DNA of 49,337 bases from an uncultured Candidatus Saccharibacteria bacterium (GCA_964589635.1 CAZPRI010000003.1:1-49337); one strand, 5' to 3'; counted from the stretch's first letter, positions 28,070 through 36,322 are shown. Numbers and translations: made by a program. The notes: generated by a model from the sequence alone, not told the origin.

Positions 28070-28750
28070 TTACATTGAATAAAGTCCTCCTGAGTCATCA
28101 CGTGTAATCTTACCATTTTCAATAGTGATTACTCTTTTTTGCAACTCATCTACAACTCCCTTGTTATGTGTTGTAAGAATTACAGTTGTTCCAAGATCAT
28201 TTATTTTCCTTAAAATCTGAACAATATCGTAGGTATTTGTTGGATCAAGATGACCAGTAGGTTCGTCAGCAATCAATACGTCTGGTTGATTAACGATAGC
28301 TCTAGCAATTGCAACTCTTTGTCTTTCACCACCTGATAAATCATCTGGAAAAGAGTTCATCTTTCGTTCTAAACCGACAAGTCTTAAGGCATGAGGAACA
28401 TCAGCCTCAATTTCCTCGTCTTCTCTTCCTGCAATTTCCATAGCAAAAGCGACATTCTCATATACAGTCTTATCTGGAATTAGACGATACTCCTGGAAAA
28501 TAGATCCTACTTTCCTTCTAAGAGAAGTAATTTGGCTTGATTTTAAACTATGAATATCTTCTGATTCATAATACACAGAGCCTTGTGTTGGGGTTTCTTC
28601 AGCAAGAAGGAGTTTAAGCAGTGTTGTCTTCCCTGCACCAGAATGACCAACAACAGAAACAAACTCCCCGGGTTCGATTTTTAAATCAATATCCAGAAGT
28701 GCATTTGTACCGTCTTCATATATTTTTGAAACTTTATCAAAATAAATCAT
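28070..28750 (-). CDS. ftsE: Cell division ATP-binding protein FtsE
   Basis: The ABC ATPase motifs are present: GHSGAGKTT, LSGGERQRV and LIADEPTG. Confidence 0.9.
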   Translation of the reverse strand: MIYFDKVSKIYEDGTNALLDIDLKIEPGEFVSVVGHSGAGKTTLLKLLLAEETPTQGSVYYESEDIHSLKSSQITSLRRKVGSIFQEYRLIPDKTVYENVAFAMEIAGREDEEIEADVPHALRLVGLERKMNSFPDDLSGGERQRVAIARAIVNQPDVLIADEPTGHLDPTNTYDIVQILRKINDLGTTVILTTHNKGVVDELQKRVITIENGKITRDDSGGLYSM

Positions 28751-29635
28751 TTAATTTTCTTTTTCTTTCATCTTAATAATAAATTCGTCTATGTCTCCAT
28801 CGAATACTTTGTCTATGTTTCTTATCTCAAAATTTGTCCTATGGTCTTTCACCATCTTGTATGGATCCAAGACATAAGACCTTATTTGACTACCCCATTC
28901 TGGAGAAACATTTTTCGTAATGGATAAATCCCTCACCTGTTCTTTTTCTTGCTCCTTAAGTAAATTATACAATTTTGCGCGGATTATTTCCATCGCCTTC
29001 TCCTTGTTCTGTAATTGACTCCTTTCGTTGGAAACAAAAGCTGATATTCCTGTAGGAGTATGTACTACTCGAACAGCTGTTTCTCTTTTGTTTACATTTT
29101 GGCCACCTGGCCCACTTGCCTTAGTGAACTGGATATCTAAATCATCTTCTGGGATATTAAAATCTACTGATGTTGAATCTATAACAGGAAGGACTTCAAC
29201 CATTGCAAATGAGGTTTGTCGCTTACCTGCAGAATTGAAAGGAGATTTTCTCACCAATCTATGTACTCCCGCCTCATACTTTAGATTTCCAAAAACTTTT
29301 TTCCCTGAAACCTCTAAAACAATATTCTTATATCCGCCATGGTCAGACTTGTTTTCATCCAAAAAATCGTATTTCCAATTTTTCAAATCAAAAAACTTCA
29401 TATACATTTCCAAAAGTATTCGTACAAAATCTTCCGCATCATCCCCTCCTACACCAGAAAAAATGGTCATGATTGCACTTCCGTTATCATATTTTGAACC
29501 ACCTTCTAATTGTATTTTTAAATCAGACATTTCCTTTATCATTTTCTGAGCTTTATCACTATCATTCCAGAAATCAGGAAGATTCATCAATACCTCAATT
29601 TCATTTATTCGTTCCTGTATCTCATTTTTATGCAT
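28751..29635 (-). CDS. prfB: Peptide chain release factor 2, short form, single uninterrupted ORF
   Basis: The SPF tripeptide (RKSPFNS) and the GGQ motif (SGPGGQNVNK) are present. At 294 aa it is shorter than about 365 aa in E. coli. Confidence 0.9.
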   Translation of the reverse strand: MHKNEIQERINEIEVLMNLPDFWNDSDKAQKMIKEMSDLKIQLEGGSKYDNGSAIMTIFSGVGGDDAEDFVRILLEMYMKFFDLKNWKYDFLDENKSDHGGYKNIVLEVSGKKVFGNLKYEAGVHRLVRKSPFNSAGKRQTSFAMVEVLPVIDSTSVDFNIPEDDLDIQFTKASGPGGQNVNKRETAVRVVHTPTGISAFVSNERSQLQNKEKAMEIIRAKLYNLLKEQEKEQVRDLSITKNVSPEWGSQIRSYVLDPYKMVKDHRTNFEIRNIDKVFDGDIDEFIIKMKEKEN

Positions 29636-29642
29636 TGAAATG

Positions 29643-29651
29643 ATTATAACA
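29643..29651 (-). promoter_or_regulatory. Extended -10 promoter element (TGtTATAAT) 7 nt upstream of the prfB ATG
   Basis: The reverse strand reads TGTTATAAT-CATTTCA-ATG. It lies between the upstream terminator and the start codon. Confidence 0.4.
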
Positions 29652-29655
29652 TTTT

Positions 29656-29682
29656 AAAAGCGGCGCCGAAGGCGCCGCTTTT
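29656..29682 (-). terminator. Rho-independent terminator (GAAG loop)
   Basis: AAAAGCGGCGCC-GAAG-GCGCCGCTTTT. Confidence 0.85.
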
Positions 29683-29715
29683 AAAAGCCTAAAGCCACAC
29701 TACAAATCGAACTGA

Positions 29716-30660
29716 TTAAACAATCTCTGAGAAAACATTAACAATCACTTCATTAAAATATATAAAACCAAAAAGTATGATTAATAATATTATCCCATTG
29801 AGTATCAATTTTGGATGTTGAATTTTTATCTTAATTAAAACCTTCAGTAAGATGGCCAACATTACGACAATACCAAATATATACAACACAAACGTTATTA
29901 AACTTTTTGGGGAAGTTTTTATCTTTTCAATTAAGCTCAATTCTACATTCTCAGAATTAGAAAAAGTAGAGGTTTCTACTCCTAAAACCAAACTTTCATT
30001 CTCATTGAGCTGACTTTTGTCTTCATAAGAGAGAGTTAGATCTACAACATCATCATCTATCGCATCAACTTGCTGAATTATTGGCTCCAGTTCTAGAGAA
30101 GGTTCTCCAAAAAATTGAGCAACAAAAATAGCTTTTCTTCCTTTATAAAGACCCTCTGCGGTAGCAATACCCATCTCAGCAAAATCACCTCTTAAAATAT
30201 TTTGTCTATGAGTTGGACTATTCATCCATGCATTATGAACATCATTTGAATCGATGAAATTTACTGCAAGATTCTCACCTGCATTTAGATATTGATACCC
30301 AGACAAATTAACCCAATACCAAGGATCCTTTCCATCAGGACTAACATGAGAAAAATATCCCTTTTCTGCCATGTCGTTAGCTTTCATTTGAGCAGCTAAT
30401 ATTAATTTGTCATTACTACTTAAAACATTTTCACCAAAATCAACTCTTTCATCATTAACTTTTTCAAATAGAACTGCCGGAAAAACTGCTGAAAGGTTTT
30501 CAAATTTTTCAGAAAAAAGCGGAGTAAAAAAGGTTAGAGTAACTAGCTCAAACAGAACAGCCCCTACTATGAAAAAAAGCACACTTTTTTTTCTCAAAAA
30601 ATGAGGCTGGTGATCATTATGGTCTCCAGGAATGAAGTACTTATCTACTATCTTTTTCAT
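29716..30660 (-). CDS. CAP/SCP (PR-1-like, YkwD-like) domain protein with a C-terminal TM anchor
   Basis: GYFSH.SPDG......W......Y...GENLA.......V..AWM.SP.HR.NIL fits the CAP domain. The ATG at 30660 is preferred. Confidence 0.75.
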   Translation of the reverse strand: MKKIVDKYFIPGDHNDHQPHFLRKKSVLFFIVGAVLFELVTLTFFTPLFSEKFENLSAVFPAVLFEKVNDERVDFGENVLSSNDKLILAAQMKANDMAEKGYFSHVSPDGKDPWYWVNLSGYQYLNAGENLAVNFIDSNDVHNAWMNSPTHRQNILRGDFAEMGIATAEGLYKGRKAIFVAQFFGEPSLELEPIIQQVDAIDDDVVDLTLSYEDKSQLNENESLVLGVETSTFSNSENVELSLIEKIKTSPKSLITFVLYIFGIVVMLAILLKVLIKIKIQHPKLILNGIILLIILFGFIYFNEVIVNVFSEIV

Positions 30661-30758
30661 ACGGTATATAAAATAGTACAACGTTTTACAGAATTTAACA
30701 ATAGCTCCAGTACATACACGTTATCGAATATATCTTTTTTCATGATAAAATTTAGGTA

Positions 30759-31496
30759 ATGAATTTAAGGAAAACCTTTACCTCTAAACAATCACTTTTT
30801 GCAATGTCTGGAATAGCACTTATAGGTTTGATCTTATTTCTAGTAATCCAAAATCAAATTGTCGACATTGAGACTAAGTCCATAGAAACTGAAGTACGAA
30901 TTAAACTACAGACAGAAAGGTTACTTTTTGATTTAAGAGAAACTCTTGTTTCTGGAGCATCAATAGAAGATAAGGCTACAGAATCTCTTTCAATAATTAA
31001 TGAGATAAGGAAACTGCTTGATTCTGAATATATCTACTTAAGACTAGATGCCCAGAGAAATATCAACATAATTCATGGGAAAATCAACAAAATAGAAGAA
31101 TCCATTCTTGAGGGAAACATAGATGAAGCTGTGGAATTAGTTGATGAGCTTATTAATACGTTGGAGAAATCAGACAACCTTGGAGAACTCGGTGGAAGTG
31201 GTGGAAATTCATCAAATGGTAACTCAGGGACGAACACAGAGAATAATCCTGATTTTTCGGAAAATGAAAATACTAGTCCGACAAACACTGACAACAGCAA
31301 TAATTCAAACAATAATAACAACACAGGCGCAACAGGGACAGAAGTAATTACAGACACAGAAGGAACAGAAGAACAAAATCCTTTCATAGAAAATGAAAAT
31401 GGAACATACGATGGAATTGTTCCAGATTTTGATAGAGATCGATCGAAAAGGAAGCACACAGAAGAAGAATCTGTTGACCTGAAAATTGGTGAGTAA
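30759..31496 (+). CDS. Secreted hypothetical protein with a low-complexity N/T/S/G-rich region
   Basis: The 245-aa ORF has an N-terminal TM/signal segment. Confidence 0.45.
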   Translation: MNLRKTFTSKQSLFAMSGIALIGLILFLVIQNQIVDIETKSIETEVRIKLQTERLLFDLRETLVSGASIEDKATESLSIINEIRKLLDSEYIYLRLDAQRNINIIHGKINKIEESILEGNIDEAVELVDELINTLEKSDNLGELGGSGGNSSNGNSGTNTENNPDFSENENTSPTNTDNSNNSNNNNNTGATGTEVITDTEGTEEQNPFIENENGTYDGIVPDFDRDRSKRKHTEEESVDLKIGE

Positions 31497-31549
31497 ACAT
31501 ATCTACTTACAACCTCTAAAATCTATCCGATTCTTGTTATACTTAAGAC

Positions 31550-31945
31550 ATGAATACATATAATTGGTACTCGACATTACTAAAGCCATCATGGGCTCCA
31601 CCTTCATGGATTTTTGGTCCAGTCTGGACGGTTTTATATATATTAATAGCAATTTCTTTTGGAAAAGTTTTTATTATGTTTTTTCAAAAAACAATTCCTT
31701 TTATAGTTTTTCTACCATTCCTATTAAACATAATATTCAACCTATCCTTCACCCCACTGCAATTTGGTCTAAGAAATAATTTACTTGCATCGATTGATAT
31801 CTTACTTGTACTCGCAACATTAATTTGGGCAATGAATGCAATATTTCCATATGCAAAATGGATTTCATATATACAGATCCCTTACCTATTATGGGTTTCT
31901 TTTGCGACAGTACTTCAGCTGACAATTACAATAATGAATAAATAA
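31550..31945 (+). CDS. TspO/MBR family protein (short)
   Basis: WYSTLLKPSWAPPSWIFGPVWTVLYILIAIS matches the TspO N-terminal signature. Confidence 0.8.
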   Translation: MNTYNWYSTLLKPSWAPPSWIFGPVWTVLYILIAISFGKVFIMFFQKTIPFIVFLPFLLNIIFNLSFTPLQFGLRNNLLASIDILLVLATLIWAMNAIFPYAKWISYIQIPYLLWVSFATVLQLTITIMNK

Positions 31946-31954
31946 ACTATATAT

Positions 31955-32434
31955 TTATTTAAGAATTGAGAACCTAGATACAAGTTTTGACTTCTTCCAC
32001 TTATTACCAAATCCCAAATAATCTCCAGCATTAAGAAGTGAGAAAAGTAACAACACAATTGCATAAATTATGTGTTCATCAATAAAAGGGTTGTGTTCTG
32101 GTGGCAAAACAGAAGCGTACATTAGAATAAGCATTACTACTCCTAGATATGATGTTAATCTAACACCAATTCCTAAGATTAGTGATATTCCAATACCAAG
32201 TAAACCAATCATAAAAATCCAATCTATTAAAGGATTACCTGCTAAACCTTTAAAGAATTCTTCGAAAGGACCTTTTGTAGCAAAGCTCAGAAAACCAGTT
32301 GTCGGTGATGATCCATCTATCCAGCCTTTTCCAGATTCTGTCGCATACCCTAAACCTAATAATTTATCTAGAAACGGCCACAAAAAAATCCAACCTGTCA
32401 AAATTCTTAATAAACCTAAAAAATAATTTTTCAT
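31955..32434 (-). CDS. DoxX family membrane protein
   Basis: The 159-aa ORF has 4 TM helices and LLRILTGWIFLWPFLDKL, typical of DoxX. Confidence 0.7.
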   Translation of the reverse strand: MKNYFLGLLRILTGWIFLWPFLDKLLGLGYATESGKGWIDGSSPTTGFLSFATKGPFEEFFKGLAGNPLIDWIFMIGLLGIGISLILGIGVRLTSYLGVVMLILMYASVLPPEHNPFIDEHIIYAIVLLLFSLLNAGDYLGFGNKWKKSKLVSRFSILK

Positions 32435-32462
32435 ATATTAAATTATACCTCTACCTCAGATC

Positions 32463-32493
32463 AAAAAACACCTTGGCTATAAAGGTGTTTTTT
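32463..32493. terminator. Rho-independent terminator
   Basis: AAAAAACACCTT-GGCTATA-AAGGTGTTTTTT. Confidence 0.75.
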
Positions 32494-32553
32494 GAGTTGT
32501 AAGCTTTCGTGGTTTTTCTAGAGCTTGTCGAGGGGAGATTGTCGGATCAATAA

Positions 32554-33077
32554 TTACTCAGACTTACTATTGAAATCTTTGAATTTATTAAATAAATCCA
32601 ATACTTTTTCTTTGCTTAATTTTTTAAAATAAGCTACCTTATCCCCATAAGACTTTGGAACATCGAAAATACCATGCCTTACTATAGGCCCCAGGCCCAT
32701 TTAGATACTACTTTGTCGTCACTATCCAATAATCCTGAATGTGTTATTTCACCGGGATAATCTTCTTCATTTTCATAAATAATATAATCTCCTTTTTCTG
32801 GAATTTGCGTCTCTTCTAATAAGTTATCTCCAATAAGTTTTTTAAAAAATGAACTGTAAATAAATCCATTTGTATCGTCTATAATTTTCTGGTCAAAATT
32901 CAGGCCTAGGGCATATACAAAGCAATTATAGTTTCTATTTTCTTCGGGTGGATTCTGGATTATTTCCAAACTACTAGGCAATAAATCTAAAACTTTTTCT
33001 TCAAATAAGTCTGGTTTCCACCAATTTTCTTTTTTATTCGATTCAATTATTCTATCTAGCTCTTTTCTGTCTAGCAT
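32554..33077 (-). pseudogene. Cys/His (papain- or NlpC/P60-like?) hypothetical gene interrupted by a frame change near its 3' end
   Basis: The ORF 32682-33077 (NYNCFVYALG ... EITHSGLL ... SKWAWGL*) stops in a G/C-rich run at about 32686-32698. A second frame continues cleanly with (P)IVRHGIFDVPKSYGDKVAYFKKLSKEKVLDLFNKFKDFNSKSE* to 32554. Confidence 0.5.
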
Positions 33078-33078
33078 T

Positions 33079-33680
33079 TTAATTAGTTCTTATTGATTTT
33101 ATAATATTCATATAACCTTCTTCTTCAACAATTTGCCAAGCACGATAATATTCCTCATTTTTAGTAGCACTCGATTTTAATTTTTCTTTTTCTATTCTTT
33201 CTGGTTCCTCAAAAATATCCTTAAATAAATATTCTAATATTGCAAAAGTGTAAATATGATTTCTAGTACTATCTGTCTCTTCTCTATATTCATATTTTTT
33301 GCCAAATTATGATCTGCAAATAAATTATGTATTAGTTCATGACATAAAACACTAACGAACTCTTTTGGTGAATATTTTGCTCTTAATATCATAGGAGCAC
33401 TCATATCTCTAGTGGTAGCAGAAACTATAAATACATCAATTCTATTTCTAATATATCTCAATCCAATCTTGTCCAAACCATCAATAAACTTATCTTCATA
33501 TCTTGACCATTCATCCTTAAATATACCGACTTTTTGAAGTACTTCGTCTGGAGTAAGAAAAACATGCTCTGGATACTTTTGTTCTATATAAGGCTTGAAA
33601 AAAGGTTCAATGAGTCTTCCATATCTAATTACTATTTTAGGTTTCATACACAAAATATTACCACAGTTCCCCTTCTTCAT
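33079..33680 (-). pseudogene. HExxH-motif hypothetical gene interrupted by a -1 frame change at an A6 run
   Basis: The ORF 33234-33680 (..CHELIHNLFADHNLAK..) leaves its frame at the A6 run (plus strand T6 at 33295-33300). The -1 frame continues for 70 clean codons (KYEYREETDSTRNHIYTFAILEYLF...IIKSIRTN*), ending 1 nt before the next start codon. Confidence 0.55.
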
Positions 33681-33817
33681 AACATTTCGAAGGACAGGCA
33701 GGTTCCTAAAACCGTATCAAAAAACCTTGTAATTAGGGTCTTTTTCATCTGCGCGCCGTGTCCTTCCGAAGCTTTGCTTGTCCTGCGAAGCTTTAGCGTA
33801 TTAGGAGCGAAGGAGGA

Positions 33818-33938
33818 ATCGAAGGGACTCGGTCACAAATATTTTCTACGAAAATTTCGCGACCCCGACTCGACCATCCCAGATCCTCCACAAGTTACGG
33901 ATACAGGGGCCCTGGGCCTCCGTCTTTCTCGTCCCTGT
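33818..33938 (-). other. tRNA-linked conserved non-coding element, copy B, ending in a 14-nt copy of the tRNA-Asp T-arm and acceptor start
   Basis: The reverse complement of 33831-33938 is about 90 percent identical to 23429-23537. 33818-33831 is identical to 33997-34010 within tRNA-Asp. It contains a bulged hairpin at 33831-33864. Confidence 0.8.
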
Positions 33939-33946
33939 TCGCTGTT

Positions 33947-33988
33947 AAAAATAAAGACCTAAGTATGAAATACTTAGGTCTTTATTTT
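33947..33988 (-). terminator. Strong terminator directly after tRNA-Asp
   Basis: AAAATAAAGACCTAAGTA-TGAAA-TACTTAGGTCTTTATTTT forms a perfect stem of about 18 bp flanked by A and T runs. Confidence 0.85.
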
Positions 33989-33992
33989 AATG

Positions 33993-34066
33993 CGCGATCG
34001 AAGGGACTCGAACCCTCAACCTCCCGCGTGACAGGCGGGTGCTCTAACCAGTTGAGCTACGACCGC
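33993..34066 (-). tRNA. tRNA-Asp (GUC)
   Basis: Manual cloverleaf: acceptor GCGGTCG/CGATCGC, D arm GCTC-AACTGGTTA-GAGC, anticodon arm CCCGC-CTGTCAC-GCGGG, and T arm GAGGG-TTCGAGT-CCCTT. Confidence 0.9.
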
Positions 34067-34126
34067 ATTTACTTCGTAAATACGACAGTCACAATAATAT
34101 ACCAAATTCTCTATTTAAATCAATAA

Positions 34127-34154
34127 AAAAGCGGCGACCGAAGGTCGCCGCTTT
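34127..34154. terminator. Rho-independent terminator (GAAG loop)
   Basis: AAAAGCGGCGACC-GAAG-GTCGCCGCTTT. Confidence 0.85.
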
Positions 34155-34159
34155 CAGAA

Positions 34160-34327
34160 TCAGAAAAGTCTAAGCTTCATCTGGTAATCTCCGACTGGGA
34201 TGTCCAGTGCGAGCTGTTTTTCAGAACAGATACAGGAATTATCACAACTGCAGTCTTCCACTTTTTTTGGTGGAGTCGGATTCAACTGAAACCATTCCAT
34301 GATAGATTTAAAATAAGTTTGTTTCAT
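34160..34327 (-). CDS. Small Cys-rich protein (55 aa), below the ORF-track cutoff
   Basis: It reads MKQTYFKSIMEWFQLNPTPPKKVEDCSCDNSCICSEKQLALDIPVGDYQMKLRLF. A strong SD (GGAGGT) lies 7 nt upstream of the ATG, and terminators bound it on both sides. Confidence 0.55.
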   Translation of the reverse strand: MKQTYFKSIMEWFQLNPTPPKKVEDCSCDNSCICSEKQLALDIPVGDYQMKLRLF

Positions 34328-34429
34328 AGTGTACCTCCAGCTATGAATTATAAATGAACAAGATTAATAATAAAAAATATTTGGTGGAAAACTGAAACTG
34401 TGATATAAAAAATTTTTAATGTAAAGAAA

Positions 34430-34460
34430 AAGCGCCGCGAACCTTTGGTTCGCGGCGCTT
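34430..34460 (-). terminator. Rho-independent terminator
   Basis: AAGCGCCGCGAACC-TTT-GGTTCGCGGCGCTT. Confidence 0.8.
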
Positions 34461-34476
34461 GTGAATTTTTGTGGTA

Positions 34477-35823
34477 CTAACCTTTTCCGGGTGACCATGT
34501 TGGCCACTCGAACATGAAGTAGTACGTTCCGGCCTCAAGATAGACAGAAGGATTTGAACCTTCGTATCCTACGATTGAAACTTCTCCTCCTTCATTCAAA
34601 TTTTGAAGCGTTGTGTAACGCATCAAAATTGGTTTGAAATAGGAGTTGGAACCATCGGCAATGTCGAATGTGACAAATTGATCACTTTCGACAGTGACTT
34701 CCAAAACAGGGTTGTAGCCATACTCCTTCCAGAAGCTTCGACTGTACACAACTCCGTTTCTTGTGATCGTAGAACGGTTTATACCGTTAACCTGACTATT
34801 ACCGAATTCCACTTCGACATGTTCAGGATTAATGATGACGCCGTTCTCGTCGTAAAATATAACGAGACCACTTTTAAACTCAAACTTGAGAGTGTTGAAA
34901 CCATCAAAATTAAGTACATATTCTGGAATATGCACACGATCACCATTCACTCTGATTTCATATTCTGAATAATCAGAGAGTGCGGTAACCTTTGCAATTC
35001 CATGAACATCAAAGGATACACCTTTATAAAAGTCCCAGTAGAAGTCAGTGGCGTAGGACGGGATTTCATATTGAATCTCGCCATTCACCACTTTTTTCTG
35101 AAGAAGGAAACTGTTTGACGAACTGAAGAGTTCGTTTCCACCTTCATCTTCGAGGTATGCTTCGATATATACACGACTACGAGGATCATCGAGCGTAAAG
35201 TCGAGTTCCTCATATTTGAGGGCCTCGTCAATATCCTCGATCTTCTCGAGTTGTCCTGTGTATTCTTCAAGATGGTCCAAATCAACCCTTTCCCCACGAA
35301 TAAAAGTGTAGGCTTGGATTGAGATGTCTGTCACTTGAGACAGTGCCCAGACCCTTGCAAAATTCCCAAAGGGAATTTGTTCGGGTGGAACAGTCTCTGG
35401 CTGAGAATCATTACAACGAGCTGCAATGTAGGCCTTTGTGATAGGACCAAAGTATCCAGAAGCTGGAGAAATTCCGTTGGCTGCTTGGTATTGAGCCAAA
35501 GCGGCCTTGACACTTGCACCAAAGTAACCCTTTGCAACTCCAGCTGGAATTGTAAGGTGACCTTGTTCCTCAAGAAAATTCTGAAGTTTTACAACATCAG
35601 AACCCGTTGATCCAAGCGTGAGGTCCCTTGTGAAGCGACCACATACAGAATCAGATTCATCATGGACAACTGGTCCACCGTAGTAGACGTAATCAGATGA
35701 ATCGTAGGTTTCGTAATTATATGAATAGTCCGAAGAATACTCATACGAATACTCGGACTCCTGTGCAAGGCACGGGAGTCCGATACTGGTCATAATTGCG
35801 ATAATGCAAATAAGCGCTTTCAT
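34477..35823 (-). CDS. Secreted protein with a peptidoglycan-binding (PG_binding_1) domain
   Basis: The ORF has a signal peptide and a Tyr/Ser/Asp-rich stretch. LTLGSTGSDVVKLQNFLEEQG......GYFG..V..AL..YQ..NGI..SGYFG..T fits PG_binding_1. GC is clearly higher than in the flanking genes. Confidence 0.7.
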   Translation of the reverse strand: MKALICIIAIMTSIGLPCLAQESEYSYEYSSDYSYNYETYDSSDYVYYGGPVVHDESDSVCGRFTRDLTLGSTGSDVVKLQNFLEEQGHLTIPAGVAKGYFGASVKAALAQYQAANGISPASGYFGPITKAYIAARCNDSQPETVPPEQIPFGNFARVWALSQVTDISIQAYTFIRGERVDLDHLEEYTGQLEKIEDIDEALKYEELDFTLDDPRSRVYIEAYLEDEGGNELFSSSNSFLLQKKVVNGEIQYEIPSYATDFYWDFYKGVSFDVHGIAKVTALSDYSEYEIRVNGDRVHIPEYVLNFDGFNTLKFEFKSGLVIFYDENGVIINPEHVEVEFGNSQVNGINRSTITRNGVVYSRSFWKEYGYNPVLEVTVESDQFVTFDIADGSNSYFKPILMRYTTLQNLNEGGEVSIVGYEGSNPSVYLEAGTYYFMFEWPTWSPGKG

Positions 35824-35876
35824 TTTTTCTTTTGTCTTTCTATTGTTTGTGTTTGTTGTGGAAATTACTTTCCGTT

Positions 35877-36107
35877 TTACTTAGGTTCGCCCCAAGCAGA
35901 TTTGAATCCACTCAAGACAACCCTGACTGGTTGTTTCTCTTTTTGAGGTCGCTCCAAAAGTTTGGCCGTCAAAGGACGGACTCTTTCAGGGACGACTTTT
36001 TGTTTCTTCTGCGGCTCCTCGGCATTCGTCATCTTGAAAAAGACAACAGAAATGGCGACGATTAGCAGGAAAAACCCGACAATTTTCATTTTCAAGGATC
36101 TATTCAT
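35877..36107 (-). CDS. Small membrane-anchored basic protein (76 aa)
   Basis: The ORF has one TM helix and a K/Q/P-rich tail. It lies upstream of the PG-binding gene and shares its higher GC. Confidence 0.4.
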   Translation of the reverse strand: MNRSLKMKIVGFFLLIVAISVVFFKMTNAEEPQKKQKVVPERVRPLTAKLLERPQKEKQPVRVVLSGFKSAWGEPK

Positions 36108-36180
36108 TTCTGCGAAAGAATATCACATATTATATAAGAAGTCAACCCTACACATCATTAATACTTCTCCTTACTTTTTG

Positions 36181-36254
36181 TCCCGAGGGACGGAATTGAA
36201 CCGTCGACCTTAGCTTTATGAGTGCTACGCTCTAACCAACTGAGCTACCCCGGG
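36181..36254 (-). tRNA. tRNA with CAU anticodon (elongator Met or Ile2)
   Basis: Manual cloverleaf: acceptor CCCGGGG/CCTCGGG, D arm GCTC-AGTTGGTTA-GAGC, anticodon loop CTCATAA, and T arm GACGG-TTCAATT-CCGTC. Confidence 0.85.
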
Positions 36255-36322
36255 ATTTAACCCTGTAAATATAATACATTTTGTCCAAAATTTAAAGCTT
36301 TTTGTTTTAGTTTAGATGATTT

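Noticed and set aside
29028-29549. Long antisense shadow ORFs in the track, for example 29028-29549 in prfB, 48228-48632 in gap, 32070-32426 in DoxX, 31073-31459 and 41477-41824
   Set aside because: Each lies entirely inside a well-supported gene on the opposite strand and has low-complexity, biased composition.
28751-29635. Programmed +1 frameshift site in prfB
   Set aside because: I looked for an upstream short ORF ending in CUU UGA. The gene is a single ORF that starts 7 nt after a -10 box and just downstream of a terminator, so there is no room for a frame-0 leader ORF.
33534-33962. 142-aa plus-strand ORF from the ORF track
   Set aside because: It runs antisense over the start of the HExxH gene and then through GC-rich repeat sequence and the tRNA-linked element. 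Its composition (LRSFSVLGAKEE-type peptides) is typical of spurious translation of palindromic repeats.
23367-33992. The whole 10.6-kb tRNA-Gln to tRNA-Asp interval as a genomic island
   Set aside because: The interval contains core genes (ftsE, ftsX, prfB) with native AT-rich composition. Each tRNA has its own local partial copy, so the footprints are two small independent events rather than the ends of one island.
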